Origin: a virus
Direction: 5' to 3' (one strand)
IMG/VR virus record: IMGVR_UViG_3300048999_000166
Coordinates: 32,001-96,000 of that record
DNA length: 64,000 bases
Positions 16,881 to 27,052 of this stretch are shown one piece after another. Under the pieces are notes generated by a model. It had not been told where the DNA came from, made no database searches, and was given only the letters and a program-made list of their open reading frames with translations. A program made the position numbers and the translations under genes. Each line of letters begins with the position of its first letter. Positions within the stretch are counted from its first letter, which is position 1.

Positions 16881-18209
16881 ATGGCCGAGACCGATACCGC
16901 CTCGACGATCACCCCGAGTCTCTCGACGGCCAGCACCTTCGCCATCGGTGCCGCCCGCGAGACCGACACCGCCGGCCCGGCCTACAACACGCTGTTCGGG
17001 TTCTGGGTCAGCGACCCGCTGCTGCTGCCCGGCACCCCGGTCACCGCGTCGGTGGTCCGCTGGAGCGCGACCGTACCCGCCGGCACCACGCTCACGGTCG
17101 AGACCAGTATCAACAACGGGGCGAGCTGGGACCTCGCGGCCAACAACGCTCCCATCCCGCGGCTGCACGAGGGTGATACTACGACCCGGTTCGTGCTGGC
17201 ACGGGTCACCTTGACCCGTGCGACCGCAGGGACTACCTCCCCGAAGGTCACTTCCTTCGAAATGGACGTCTCGCTGGACGCGAGCACGGACGAGATTGTC
17301 CCGTTGGGACACGGAATGATCGACAAAGTTACGGTCAGATCCGTCGCTGGGTCGACCGGAGCCGGTAGCTCGACGAGCGCTCCTTCATCTAGTGCGGTCA
17401 CCGCCAAAGGCGGCGGTCAGATGGGGGCGAGCACCTCTCTACTGGTGCATGTCACTGATCTAGGCCGGGCCATTAAGCGAAACGTGTGGCAAGAGCCCTA
17501 CACCGTGGCGGCCGGAATTAATTACGCCGACGCCGCGAAAGCGATGGTGCTGGACAGGCTCCCTTCTCAGAAAGACTTCTCCCTTTCGTCGACCACTCGT
17601 GTGTTGCCGGATGTCGTTGTCTATGGCATGAACCAGGGCGGCGACCCCTGGCAGGACATCATGGAGCTGGCGACCGCGATCGGGTTCGAAGCTTATTTCG
17701 ACCCATCGGGAGTCTTCGTGTTCCGTCCAGTTCCTGACCCCTCTACCGGCGATCCGGTATGGGTGTTCGATGAGGACTCGAACCCGCTGGTGTCGGAGTC
17801 TTCCCGGGAACTGAGCGACGATCAGACGTTCAATCATATCGTCGTCATCGGTCAATCAACGTCCTCGCAGAATGCGGTTAACGCGGAAGCGTTCGACAAC
17901 AACCCGAACTCACCGACATATATTCTCGGACCGTACGGATCGGTATCGGAGCGATTGACATTCTCGCTCATCACTACCGCCGATCAAGCACAGGCCGCCG
18001 CCAACGCCATTCTCAGCAACTCGATTGGCGCTTCTGACCAGGTCACGATCACCTGCGTGCCTCACCCGGCGTTGGAGCCGGGAGACATCGTCAAGATCAA
18101 AATTGGTGACGCCAACGTCGATGGTAACTACATGATCAATTCCATGACGACGTCGTTGTCCTCCGCTGACCCACAGCAGCTCGTGTGCTTCCGCCAGTCC
18201 ACCAAGTGA
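16881..18209 (+). CDS. C-terminal part of a DUF5047-like tail hub protein with an ETDTA-repeat N-terminus
   Basis: DEIVPLG...VTDLGRAIKR...GGDPWQDIMELATAIGFEAYFDPSG...FNHIVVIG...HPALEPGDIV. Confidence 0.7.
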   Translation: MAETDTASTITPSLSTASTFAIGAARETDTAGPAYNTLFGFWVSDPLLLPGTPVTASVVRWSATVPAGTTLTVETSINNGASWDLAANNAPIPRLHEGDTTTRFVLARVTLTRATAGTTSPKVTSFEMDVSLDASTDEIVPLGHGMIDKVTVRSVAGSTGAGSSTSAPSSSAVTAKGGGQMGASTSLLVHVTDLGRAIKRNVWQEPYTVAAGINYADAAKAMVLDRLPSQKDFSLSSTTRVLPDVVVYGMNQGGDPWQDIMELATAIGFEAYFDPSGVFVFRPVPDPSTGDPVWVFDEDSNPLVSESSRELSDDQTFNHIVVIGQSTSSQNAVNAEAFDNNPNSPTYILGPYGSVSERLTFSLITTADQAQAAANAILSNSIGASDQVTITCVPHPALEPGDIVKIKIGDANVDGNYMINSMTTSLSSADPQQLVCFRQSTK

Positions 18210-18212
18210 GGA

Positions 18213-18530
18213 GTGACCATGGACGCTGCTATCGCCCGGCTGGCTCGCAACATCAAGCGCGGCGGGAACTCTACGGCGTGGGTGCCGCGCGATCAGCGCG
18301 TCTCGATGCATCTCGGGTCGATCGGGAACGTCGATCTGTTCAACGGGATCGTCGACTTCGAGTACAACGACCCGAGCGGGCTGGTAATCCCCGGGGTGAC
18401 CTTCCTGCAGACCTACTCGGCCTCGAACCCCCCAGCCCAGGGGCACACCGTCTGGCTGCAGCACTTCGGTACTGACGTCATGGTGATGGGCCAGCAGGTG
18501 AACCCGACGAACATCGTTATTCCATCATGA
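18213..18530 (+). CDS. Minor tail protein (OB-fold-like)
   Basis: RBS GAGGAG; TFLQTYS...GHTVWL...VMVMG pattern after the hub gene. Confidence 0.55.
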   Translation: MTMDAAIARLARNIKRGGNSTAWVPRDQRVSMHLGSIGNVDLFNGIVDFEYNDPSGLVIPGVTFLQTYSASNPPAQGHTVWLQHFGTDVMVMGQQVNPTNIVIPS

Positions 18531-18925
18531 TGACGGAGTGTTCCGATTCCAAGCTCGCCGTCCTGGTCTTCAATCTGTTCATCCCGCAGGGCGCCGACTG
18601 GCCGGGCATCAACTACCCGATCATCGGGCCCGACGGTGAGCCCTACGACCTGACCGGGTGCACCGCCAAGGCACAGATCCGGGCGCACCCAACGTCGGAT
18701 GAAATCTTCTTCACCTGGTCGACCAGTCCTACCACTGGCCAGGGGCTGATCACGCTCACCGGCACCACCTTGAATATCCGCCTGCTGGCCACGGAATCAG
18801 CTCCGTGGTTCTTTACTCAAGGCGCCTACGACATATTGCTCACCAATCCGGCTGCGCCGGTGGGGTTGCGCGTGTCGCGGGTGGCCATGGGTTCCGTCAC
18901 CGTCTCCCCCGAGGTTACTCAATGA
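18527..18925 (+). CDS. BppU/DUF7264-like baseplate-associated protein
   Basis: IPQGADW...YDLTGCTAKAQIR...GAYDILL...VAMGSVTVSPEVT. Confidence 0.55.
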   Translation: MMTECSDSKLAVLVFNLFIPQGADWPGINYPIIGPDGEPYDLTGCTAKAQIRAHPTSDEIFFTWSTSPTTGQGLITLTGTTLNIRLLATESAPWFFTQGAYDILLTNPAAPVGLRVSRVAMGSVTVSPEVTQ

Positions 18926-19131
18926 GTGTTAAGCGTACGTGCATTTACTGCAACCAGGAAGATGACCACCCCAAGCACGAACGAATTCTTCCTGGGTTCG
19001 TTTCGGTGTACGGGCACATGGATTGCTGCGCGACGGCCACTGATTGTGAGTTGTGCGGTCCCGTAGTGAAGTCCGCTAACGGAAAGCGCGGAGAAGACCT
19101 TCGCGCGCACATCATGAATGGGGAGGGCTAA
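18922..19131 (+). CDS. Small Cys/His-rich protein
   Basis: ATG 18922 overlaps the upstream stop; CIYCNQEDDHPKH...HMDCC...CELC. Confidence 0.55.
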   Translation: MSVKRTCIYCNQEDDHPKHERILPGFVSVYGHMDCCATATDCELCGPVVKSANGKRGEDLRAHIMNGEG

Positions 19132-19134
19132 CTC

Positions 19135-19449
19135 GTGCCCCGTGACGTGAACACGTTTACCATCGGTCCCGCCGGAGCCGTACTGGAACTAGGGTCACAG
19201 ATCCCGCAAGACGGTCTAGTGCATCTAAAAAACCTTGGACCGAATGTGGTGTGGCTGCACGATACCTTTGCGGGATCCGGCGTCACGGTTTCCGATGGTC
19301 ATGAGGGGGACAATTCTTATCCAATGTGCCCTGGGGATTCGGTAAAGGTTCGTGTCCCGGAATACCCAGTTCCGGCTGAGACCCTAGTCCCAGCAGTGAC
19401 GTCTATTACCACTGGATCAACTGTCGTATTTATCGTGGAAGGTAGCTAA
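19135..19449 (+). CDS. Hypothetical small beta protein
   Basis: 104 aa, co-oriented, 3 nt after the previous stop. Confidence 0.45.
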   Translation: MPRDVNTFTIGPAGAVLELGSQIPQDGLVHLKNLGPNVVWLHDTFAGSGVTVSDGHEGDNSYPMCPGDSVKVRVPEYPVPAETLVPAVTSITTGSTVVFIVEGS

Positions 19450-19453
19450 CCTC

Positions 19454-19849
19454 ATGGGAAACGTTGTCATTGTCGAGGCGAACAAGCTCCTGACCTCTAG
19501 CGTGACGGGGGCGGCGTACACCGCCGCGACCACCCCGGTCAATCTGGCGCTAACGACCGGCACCGTGGGTGACGGCACCACGGCTGGCACAGAGGTGACC
19601 GGCGGCTCCTACGCGCGCGTGACCACGGCTAGCGGCTGGGGGACCGCATCCGCCGGATCTATCACCAACACCGGAACATTCAGCTTCACCAACATGCCTG
19701 GGCCTATCACTATCACGGGAATCGAGCTGTGGGACTCGGCCGGCACTCCGATTCGGAGGTGGTTCGGGGCGTTGACCGCCAGCAAGACCGTGAACTCGGG
19801 CGATACGGTGACCTTCGCCGCGTCCAGCATCGTGATCTCGCTGACGTAG
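19454..19849 (+). CDS. Tail fibre-associated protein
   Basis: GTEVTGGSYARV...ITGIELWDSAGT...FGALTASKTVNSGDTVTFAASSI, a widespread small tail protein motif. Confidence 0.7.
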   Translation: MGNVVIVEANKLLTSSVTGAAYTAATTPVNLALTTGTVGDGTTAGTEVTGGSYARVTTASGWGTASAGSITNTGTFSFTNMPGPITITGIELWDSAGTPIRRWFGALTASKTVNSGDTVTFAASSIVISLT

Positions 19850-19853
19850 GTCA

Positions 19854-20687
19854 GTGGCTATTTCGAACATCAGGTGGGGCGCCGCCGCGATAGGGGCCAA
19901 CACGGGCGCGGACGGCGTCACCCCGCAAACGCGTACGGCGGCGTTTCCTACGGCCGGAAACGCCCCAGTTCAGGGGGACCTGCTGGTCGTGGTGGCCAGG
20001 TCTTGGCGCATTGGCGCTAACCCGACCACTTCGTATCCGTCCACAGTGCTAGCCGACACGGCCACCAACTCGGCGGGTTGGCAAAACACAACTACTGATG
20101 GTGTCGGCAATCCCAGCACTACCCCCACTGGAACATTGGTGACGCACGCCATTCGTCACCGCCTCTACTACAACTGGTATACGGCGGATATGGCCGAGCC
20201 GGTATTTACCTACCTGGCCGGTACGGCCACTGACTATTGGACAGTTCAACTGGTGGCCATGAGCGGGGCATTCATTGGGGGCAGCCCGTTTGATCAGTAC
20301 GGCGTCTTAACGGCAGCAGCGGCGAACAATACGACCACGATCGGTCCGGCTCCCGCGCTGCCCAACCCAGTGCCGGCCGGCGGGGTTGTCGTTGTGCTGA
20401 TGGACAAGGAGTTTCCACTCTCAACCGGATCAGTGCCCACCGTGACCGGTGATGGTCTGACCTGGAACGAGGGGTCCGAGAGCGGCGTGGTGGCGGCAGG
20501 TTTCGGGTGGGCAAATGACTGGGCGCTAGTGCCGGCCGCGACCACCGTGACCGCGAAGCAGGCCACCATCACTACCGCCACGACCGGCAAGGGTCTGGGA
20601 CACATGTTTTCGATTCTCCCGGCCAGCCCGCTCCGCTCATCCTCCACCAACCTCAATGTGCCCGTCCGCCGCGCTAGCGTCATCTGA
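19854..20687 (+). CDS. Minor tail protein
   Basis: 277 aa, Thr/Ala/Gly-rich; its C-terminal half is homologous to the C-terminus of 27053-28888. Confidence 0.6.
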   Translation: MAISNIRWGAAAIGANTGADGVTPQTRTAAFPTAGNAPVQGDLLVVVARSWRIGANPTTSYPSTVLADTATNSAGWQNTTTDGVGNPSTTPTGTLVTHAIRHRLYYNWYTADMAEPVFTYLAGTATDYWTVQLVAMSGAFIGGSPFDQYGVLTAAAANNTTTIGPAPALPNPVPAGGVVVVLMDKEFPLSTGSVPTVTGDGLTWNEGSESGVVAAGFGWANDWALVPAATTVTAKQATITTATTGKGLGHMFSILPASPLRSSSTNLNVPVRRASVI

Positions 20688-20699
20688 GAGGCGGGGCCG

Positions 20700-21398
20700 G
20701 TGGCTAACGACCTGATCACCGTCAACGCAACGGCGCTATGGAATGCCGGTGGGACCGGTCTCAAGACACTGTCGGTGACGCCCAGTGCGGTCGGTGCCCT
20801 GATGATCCTGGCGACATCCGCGGGCAGCAATACCGCCAACAGTGCGGTGTCGGGCGGCGGCTGCCCGGCCAGCGGGTCCGGGACGGCCGGTGCGTGGCAT
20901 CTCATCGCGGGTCCGGTCAGCAGCACCACTCCGTGGCTGACCGAACTATGGATGGGTGTCGTCACCACGGCGGGAGCGGCGACCATCACCATCACCAACA
21001 CCTCGTCCGGCACAAACCGGCTCAACTGCAAGGAGTTCACCGCGGGGGGCGGGGCTGGCACTCGCTGGACCCAGGACGGCGCGGGCGGCACCAAGACGAA
21101 CACCACCGCGACCGTGGTCACGTTCCCGACGCTGACTCCGTCCGGGCCGAACCGGCTCTACGTCGGGTTCGGCCTCAACGGCACCGGCCAGACCACCGGT
21201 GCGACCGCGGGATATACGGTCGAGCTGGACCCCGGCACGAACCCGTACATCCGTAACCCGAGCGTGGCGTCGGCGCAGACCCCGACCACGGTCACCTCGT
21301 CGAGCCCGTCTGTCGCGGTGGCGGCTCTGATCAAGGCGGATAACCCGTTCACGCCGCAATACAGCAACGTCGGCATTCGACGTTCGAGCCTTTACTGA
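20700..21398 (+). CDS. Minor tail protein
   Basis: 232 aa, Thr/Gly-rich beta-sandwich pattern, ends GIRRSSLY. Confidence 0.6.
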   Translation: MANDLITVNATALWNAGGTGLKTLSVTPSAVGALMILATSAGSNTANSAVSGGGCPASGSGTAGAWHLIAGPVSSTTPWLTELWMGVVTTAGAATITITNTSSGTNRLNCKEFTAGGGAGTRWTQDGAGGTKTNTTATVVTFPTLTPSGPNRLYVGFGLNGTGQTTGATAGYTVELDPGTNPYIRNPSVASAQTPTTVTSSSPSVAVAALIKADNPFTPQYSNVGIRRSSLY

Positions 21399-21415
21399 AC
21401 TGTGAGGTCGACATA

Positions 21416-21763
21416 GTGTTTGACGTGGAACGAATTTTGACTGCGACGTTGTCTTTCGCGCCAGCAGCTCCTGGCGGATCTGATGCTTATGTGGTAATTA
21501 ACTTACCTGCGGGAGAAACCAGAGATCCAGATCCTATCTTCTCAACGGTAGTCCCCGTCGATCCAGCCGACATTCACTTCTTTACCTTTCGATTCGTAGG
21601 TGGCGTCCCTGGCGTCGACGTGCCGCCATGGGCAGCGTATACCAACACGCGGTCGGTGGCTCTGCAGTATTACTCTACCGCGCCAGGGCCGATCGACTGC
21701 AACGTTCGTCTGTTCTTTGGGGATAGCGACTACATTGTCACTACCTACTGGGAGACCTCCTAA
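21416..21763 (+). CDS. Hypothetical protein
   Basis: 115 aa, RBS GAGG, stop overlaps the next ATG. Confidence 0.5.
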   Translation: MFDVERILTATLSFAPAAPGGSDAYVVINLPAGETRDPDPIFSTVVPVDPADIHFFTFRFVGGVPGVDVPPWAAYTNTRSVALQYYSTAPGPIDCNVRLFFGDSDYIVTTYWETS

Positions 21764-22278
21764 TGGCCGCTCCTTGTTACATCATGTGGAATGGGACTAC
21801 CACTGCCCTAACCGCAGCCATTTCCGGACAAACCACCGGTACTGCATTTAAGACCATGATGCAGCTAAAGCCTGGCACCCCCAAGGTGCGCATTGTCGAG
21901 TGGGGGTATTCCTTCGAGACCGTACCTACCGCGATGGTCCGCGTGGAGCTGGTTGAGACCGGCACGGTCGGGGCCACCCTTACGGGAACCGGTGGAGCTG
22001 CGGGAACTCCACAGAATTACAACGACGTGACGGGGCCCGCATCTCAAGCCGCTACGGGGACGTCCGCCTCGGGCTTCTCGGGTTCCGCAATAAATACCTC
22101 TGAGGGTACCGTTGCTGCATCTCGCTTGCTAGCGTATCAAGAGGAGTGGGGTTCTCAATTTAAGCAACAGTTTCCGCTGGGTCGGGAACCGGAGGTTAAC
22201 GGCGCCAACTTCCTGCGCATTAGGGCGACCACTACAGCTGCGGTGAATATGACGTGCTACATCATCTGGGAAGAGTGA
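21763..22278 (+). CDS. Minor tail protein
   Basis: KTMMQL...IVEWGYSFE...QFPLGREPEV...LRIRAT...CYIIWEE, an actinophage tail family pattern. Confidence 0.6.
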   Translation: MAAPCYIMWNGTTTALTAAISGQTTGTAFKTMMQLKPGTPKVRIVEWGYSFETVPTAMVRVELVETGTVGATLTGTGGAAGTPQNYNDVTGPASQAATGTSASGFSGSAINTSEGTVAASRLLAYQEEWGSQFKQQFPLGREPEVNGANFLRIRATTTAAVNMTCYIIWEE

Positions 22279-22307
22279 GCCCAACCGTCGTAAGGGGGTA
22301 ATGGTCG

Positions 22308-25232
22308 ATGGCAAGGCTCGGTCGCGGTTACCCCATTACCCGGTGGATCCACTACAAGGGCATCGCCATCTACAACGCGGCGACGACCCTATCGGCGACC
22401 GCTGGCCTGACCAGCGCCACCTCGGTCACAGAACGTTCGGCGGCGGCGCTCAGCGCTACCGCCGGGCTGACCGCCGCCGCGAAGCTGACGAAGCTCCCGG
22501 CGGCGACCCTGTCGGCGACCACTGGACTCACCAGCGCGACTTCGATCACCGAACGCCCAGCGGCGACGCTGGCGGCGGTCACCTCCCTGACCGCCGCCAC
22601 GAAGCTGACAAAGCTCCCGGGCGCCACCCTGGCGGCGACCGCTGGTCTGACGTCGGTCGCGCACGACACTCAGCGCCCGGTCGCCGCTCTGAGCGCCTCC
22701 ATGGGGCTCACCGCAGCTGCGGTGGTTGGCGTCCCCGCCTTCGCCACCCTATCGGCGCACGGTGGACTGACCAGCGCGGCAGCAATCACCGAACGTCCGG
22801 CGACGGCACTGTCGGGTGCCACCGGTCTGACCGCTGCCGCGAAGCTGACAAAGCTCCCGGCGGCAACGTTGCCGGGCATCACCAGCCTATCCGCGACCGC
22901 GCACGACCTCATCGGAGCTGCCACCAGTCTGTCCGCGTCCGCCGGGCTTACCGCCGGTGCCACGATCATCGTTCGGCCTTCGGTCGTTCCGCTAGCCGCA
23001 ATCACACAGCTGTTCGTGTCGCTGGTGCCGACGCGGCTCGCCGCCGCGGTGCTGTCGGCGAGCACAAGTCTGACCGCTGCCGCGAAGCTGACGGAGTTCC
23101 CGTCGGCCGCATTGCCCGCGGTCACCGCCATGTCGCTGGTGCCGACGGACTTCGGAGCCGCGGCACTGTCGGGTGCCACCGGTCTGACCGCTGCCGCGAA
23201 GCTGACGAAGCTTCCGGCCGCAACGCTCAGCGCTGCTGGAGGACTGTCTTCCGGTGCTCTAGTCGTCGAGCGGTCCGACGGCACGTTGTCGGCCACCACC
23301 GCCCTGTCCGCCGCCGCGGTCACCGCCCGTAACGCCGGTACCGCCACGTTGTCGGCCACTGCAGGGCTGACCTCAGCGGCCCTCTCGGGGCCGAAGGGTA
23401 GCGCGACCCTCACCGCACAGTCGCAAATCAACGTTGGCCCTTACCCGCTGTTCCCGTCCACGTTCCTCTTCCCGAGTGCTTCGCGCTACCCGTCCACTGG
23501 ACCTTGGGACCATGTCTTCCCGACGGCGGCCCTCTCTGCTACCGCGGGATTGACCGCGGCGGCGGCCGGCGGCCATATCAACCTCTCCGCCACCCTGAGC
23601 GCCTCCACGACGCTCACAGCGACCGCGACCCGCGCTCGCCCGGCGAACGCGGTGCTGACCGCTTCCTCGGGGCTGACCTCCACCGCGACAATCAGCTACC
23701 TGCCGAGTGCGACGCTGCACGCGACGGCCGGGCTGACCGTCGCTGCTCGGGACACAACCTTCCCGAGCGCGACCCTGGCCGCCGCTACCACTACCTTGAC
23801 GGCGGCAGCAAAGGTCAACCACTTGCCGGTGACGGCCTTGTCGGCGACGACAGGCTTGACCGCTAGTGCGGCGCGCACCGCGTTGCCCACCGCGATCCTT
23901 GCTGCCCATGGCGGGTTGACTTCGAACGCCTTTGACGTTGTCGAGGCGGCCGCACCGCTGGCCGCGGCCACGCATCTGACCGCACAGGCGCGCGGCACTA
24001 TTCCGGCAGCAGCGGCAGCGATGTCGGCTACCTCGGCGCTCACGGTCTCCGTTCTGGTTGTTCACCGGCCAGCCGCGACCCTGTCCGCCACCGCCGGACT
24101 CGTCTCGGCCGCGCTGGTTGTTGAGCGGCCGTCGGCCACTCTGGCGGCCAGCACGGGGCTCACGTCACAGGTCCACGACACGGAGCTGCCGGCGGCGGCG
24201 CTGCACGCGGTCGGTGGACTGACCGCAGCTGCACGCGACACTCAGCGTCCGTCCGCCACCCTGGCGGCCAACGCTGGGCTGACAGCTCAACGTCCGCGGG
24301 GCACCCTGTTCGTCGCGTCCACGATGACGGCGCACGGCGGCCTCACAGCGGCGGCATTCCTCACTCAGCATCCGTCCGCCGCCTTGACGGTCACCGCCGG
24401 ACTCACCTCGGCGGCGAAGGTTACCCAACGTCCGTCCGCCACCCTGGCGGCGGCCACCGGGCTGACTTCCGCTGCTCACGTCGATGTGCGTCCGATAGCG
24501 ACCCTGGCGGCGAGCACAGCCATCTCGGCCGTTCCTCCCGTTCTCTCTCGGCCGGGAGCCGCGGCGCTGGCGGTGACCGGTGGACTGACGGCGACTCCGG
24601 TGCTTACTAAGCGCCCCTCGGCGGTGCTGTCCGCTACGGCGGGGATGACCTCGGCGGCGCGTGTCACCGAGCTTCCGTCGGCGGTGTTGTCCGCTACCAC
24701 CGGTATGACCTCGGCGGCGTTCGTCACTCAGCGACCCAACGCCACCTTCGCCGCACACACCACGATGGCGACGTCGGCGCGCAACACAGTGCTGCCCTCC
24801 GCTCACTTGGCGGAGAACACCACCTTGACGGCGAGCTGCACGCTCGGCTACCACGTCACGGCCGCCCTCGCGGCCCTCGCGGCGCTACACGCGCAGGCCA
24901 CTCCGGAAACGTTCGTTCGCGCGACGTTCTCGGCTAGCACGAGCCTGAGTGCCACCGAGCACATCACGGTGGTCGTCAGGGCGACCCTGTCCGCGCATAC
25001 GGCCCTATCGGCCGCCGGCAAAGACACCGTCTACTCAGCAGCGGTGCTGCACGCACTCACGGTGCTCGTGGCCACCGCGAGACTGCGTCCCTGGGAGGCC
25101 TTCTCCGGTAGGCCCACTCTCGAAGCGGGAGTGCGGGCCGCACAGGCGATCGCGCTTGGTGCGACTACGGCCGCGCGAGCGGCACCGGTGGCAGGCGTCC
25201 ATTCCGCCGTTCCCACTCCCGTCAGGCGTTAA
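22308..25232 (+). CDS. Long Ala/Thr repeat tail protein
   Basis: 974 aa built from ~21-aa LSATAGLTAAA(K/R)..P.A units; N-terminal MARLGRGYP. Confidence 0.7.
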   Translation: MARLGRGYPITRWIHYKGIAIYNAATTLSATAGLTSATSVTERSAAALSATAGLTAAAKLTKLPAATLSATTGLTSATSITERPAATLAAVTSLTAATKLTKLPGATLAATAGLTSVAHDTQRPVAALSASMGLTAAAVVGVPAFATLSAHGGLTSAAAITERPATALSGATGLTAAAKLTKLPAATLPGITSLSATAHDLIGAATSLSASAGLTAGATIIVRPSVVPLAAITQLFVSLVPTRLAAAVLSASTSLTAAAKLTEFPSAALPAVTAMSLVPTDFGAAALSGATGLTAAAKLTKLPAATLSAAGGLSSGALVVERSDGTLSATTALSAAAVTARNAGTATLSATAGLTSAALSGPKGSATLTAQSQINVGPYPLFPSTFLFPSASRYPSTGPWDHVFPTAALSATAGLTAAAAGGHINLSATLSASTTLTATATRARPANAVLTASSGLTSTATISYLPSATLHATAGLTVAARDTTFPSATLAAATTTLTAAAKVNHLPVTALSATTGLTASAARTALPTAILAAHGGLTSNAFDVVEAAAPLAAATHLTAQARGTIPAAAAAMSATSALTVSVLVVHRPAATLSATAGLVSAALVVERPSATLAASTGLTSQVHDTELPAAALHAVGGLTAAARDTQRPSATLAANAGLTAQRPRGTLFVASTMTAHGGLTAAAFLTQHPSAALTVTAGLTSAAKVTQRPSATLAAATGLTSAAHVDVRPIATLAASTAISAVPPVLSRPGAAALAVTGGLTATPVLTKRPSAVLSATAGMTSAARVTELPSAVLSATTGMTSAAFVTQRPNATFAAHTTMATSARNTVLPSAHLAENTTLTASCTLGYHVTAALAALAALHAQATPETFVRATFSASTSLSATEHITVVVRATLSAHTALSAAGKDTVYSAAVLHALTVLVATARLRPWEAFSGRPTLEAGVRAAQAIALGATTAARAAPVAGVHSAVPTPVRR

Positions 25233-25244
25233 GGAGAGCCCCGA

Positions 25245-27041
25245 ATGACCTACCCGTTGCCCTCCTGGACGGACGACCCGACGACCTCCGACCCGATCGA
25301 CGCGGAGAATCTCGATCTCTACAACACCGCGATCGATGACCTCGATAGCCGAACGTCGACCATCGAGGCGTCCGGTGCCGTCAACGCGCTGGCCACCGCC
25401 AAGGGCGACATGATCGCGGCGCACGGTGTCAACGACATGGAAACGCTGGCCGTGGGCACCAATGGACAGGTGCTCACCGCCGCGTCGTCCGCGACGCTGG
25501 GCGTGCACTGGGCGGACCCCGCGCCCGGCGGAGTGTCGTCGGTAACCGCCGCTGACACCACGATCCACGTCGACAACACCGACCCGATCAATCCGACGGT
25601 AAAGGTCAATCCGGGGAACCTGACCATCGCGGAGTCGCAGGTCACCAGCCTGACGACCGACCTGGCCGGCAAGCAGGGGCTGAACTCGAACCTCACGACC
25701 ATCGGTGGCCTGACGCCGGGCGCCGGCAACGTGATGGCGGCCGACGGCAGTGGTTGGATTTCGAAGACCTACGCCGCTCTTAAAACAGCGTTGGGGCTGG
25801 TCAAGGCCGACGTTGGACTATCCAACGTCGATAACACCTCCGACGCCACCAAGAACTCGGCCGTCGCCACCCTCACCAACAAAACGCTCACCAGCCCAGT
25901 GATCAACACCCCGACCGGCATCGTCGCCAGCGACGTCGGTGCGCAGCCGGTGGATTCCGACCTCACCGCGATCGCGGCGCTGACTCCCAGCAACGACGAC
26001 ATCGTCCAGCGCAAGGCCGGTGCTTGGACCAACCGCACGATGGCGCAGCTGTCTTCGGATCTGGGCCTAGCGGCGAACTACCAGCCGCTCGACAGCGACC
26101 TGACCGCCCTCGCGGCACTCACTCCCACGAACGATGACATTGTTCAACGTAAGGCGGGAGCGTGGGTCAACCGGAGCATCGCACAGCTGTCCACTGACCT
26201 GGCGTTGTCCACCACCTACCAACCGCTGGACTCCGACCTCACCACCATTGCGGCGCTGACGCCGGGCTCCGGTAACGTGCTGGCGGCGGACGGCGGCGGC
26301 TGGATCAGCAAAACCTATGCTTCACTCAAGACGGCGTTGGTGTTGGTCAAGGCGGACGTCGGGTTGTCCAACGTCGATAACACTTCTGACGCCACGAAGA
26401 ATTCCGCAACCGCCACACTTACCGGCAAGACCCTCACCAGTCCGGTAATCAATAGTCCAACCGGAATAGTGAAGGGCGACGTTGGTCTCGGGAATGTTGA
26501 TAACACTTCTGACGCCACCAAGAATTCCGCAACCGCCACACTCACTAACAAGACCCTCACCAGTCCGGTAATCAATAGTCCAACCGGAATCGTGGCGAGT
26601 GACGTCGGAGCGCAACCGCTCGATGGCGATCTCACCGCGATCGCGGCATTAACTCAGACTTCCGGGTATGTTATCACCAGTAATGGCACGACGTGGACGG
26701 CGGCTGCGCCCACCGCATCGTGGTCCACTTTCGTTGAGACGCTAGCGGACGGTTCCACCCTCTCTCCCGACTGCCAGAATGGCTTGATTAGGGTGGGTTC
26801 ATGCTCTTCATTGAGCCAGAACACTACGCTGAACGCCCCCGCGAACGGATCGGTAGGAGCGACCTATCGGGCGCAAATCACTGCATTCAGCGGTAACTGG
26901 GTCGTTACGTTTTCGGGTTGGTTGGGCACCACGGATAACGCAACATCCTCCATCACCGTCCCGACGGGGAAGACGGCCAGCATCCTCGGGGAGTACTGCG
27001 CGGCCGGGTGGATGTATGGCGGCTATACCTTGCAAGCCTAG
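25245..27041 (+). CDS. Tail fibre protein with internal repeats
   Basis: KGDMIAA, three (A/G)DVGL(S/G)NVDNTSDATKNSA repeats and five QP(L/V)D(S/G)DLT repeats. Confidence 0.7.
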   Translation: MTYPLPSWTDDPTTSDPIDAENLDLYNTAIDDLDSRTSTIEASGAVNALATAKGDMIAAHGVNDMETLAVGTNGQVLTAASSATLGVHWADPAPGGVSSVTAADTTIHVDNTDPINPTVKVNPGNLTIAESQVTSLTTDLAGKQGLNSNLTTIGGLTPGAGNVMAADGSGWISKTYAALKTALGLVKADVGLSNVDNTSDATKNSAVATLTNKTLTSPVINTPTGIVASDVGAQPVDSDLTAIAALTPSNDDIVQRKAGAWTNRTMAQLSSDLGLAANYQPLDSDLTALAALTPTNDDIVQRKAGAWVNRSIAQLSTDLALSTTYQPLDSDLTTIAALTPGSGNVLAADGGGWISKTYASLKTALVLVKADVGLSNVDNTSDATKNSATATLTGKTLTSPVINSPTGIVKGDVGLGNVDNTSDATKNSATATLTNKTLTSPVINSPTGIVASDVGAQPLDGDLTAIAALTQTSGYVITSNGTTWTAAAPTASWSTFVETLADGSTLSPDCQNGLIRVGSCSSLSQNTTLNAPANGSVGATYRAQITAFSGNWVVTFSGWLGTTDNATSSITVPTGKTASILGEYCAAGWMYGGYTLQA

Positions 27042-27052
27042 GGGGATCAGTT

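Noticed and set aside
14094-16979. Group I/II intron or transposon as the cause of the tail gene split
   Set aside because: No intron core structure, reverse transcriptase, homing endonuclease, transposase or terminal inverted repeats were seen; the insert consists of tail-type genes.
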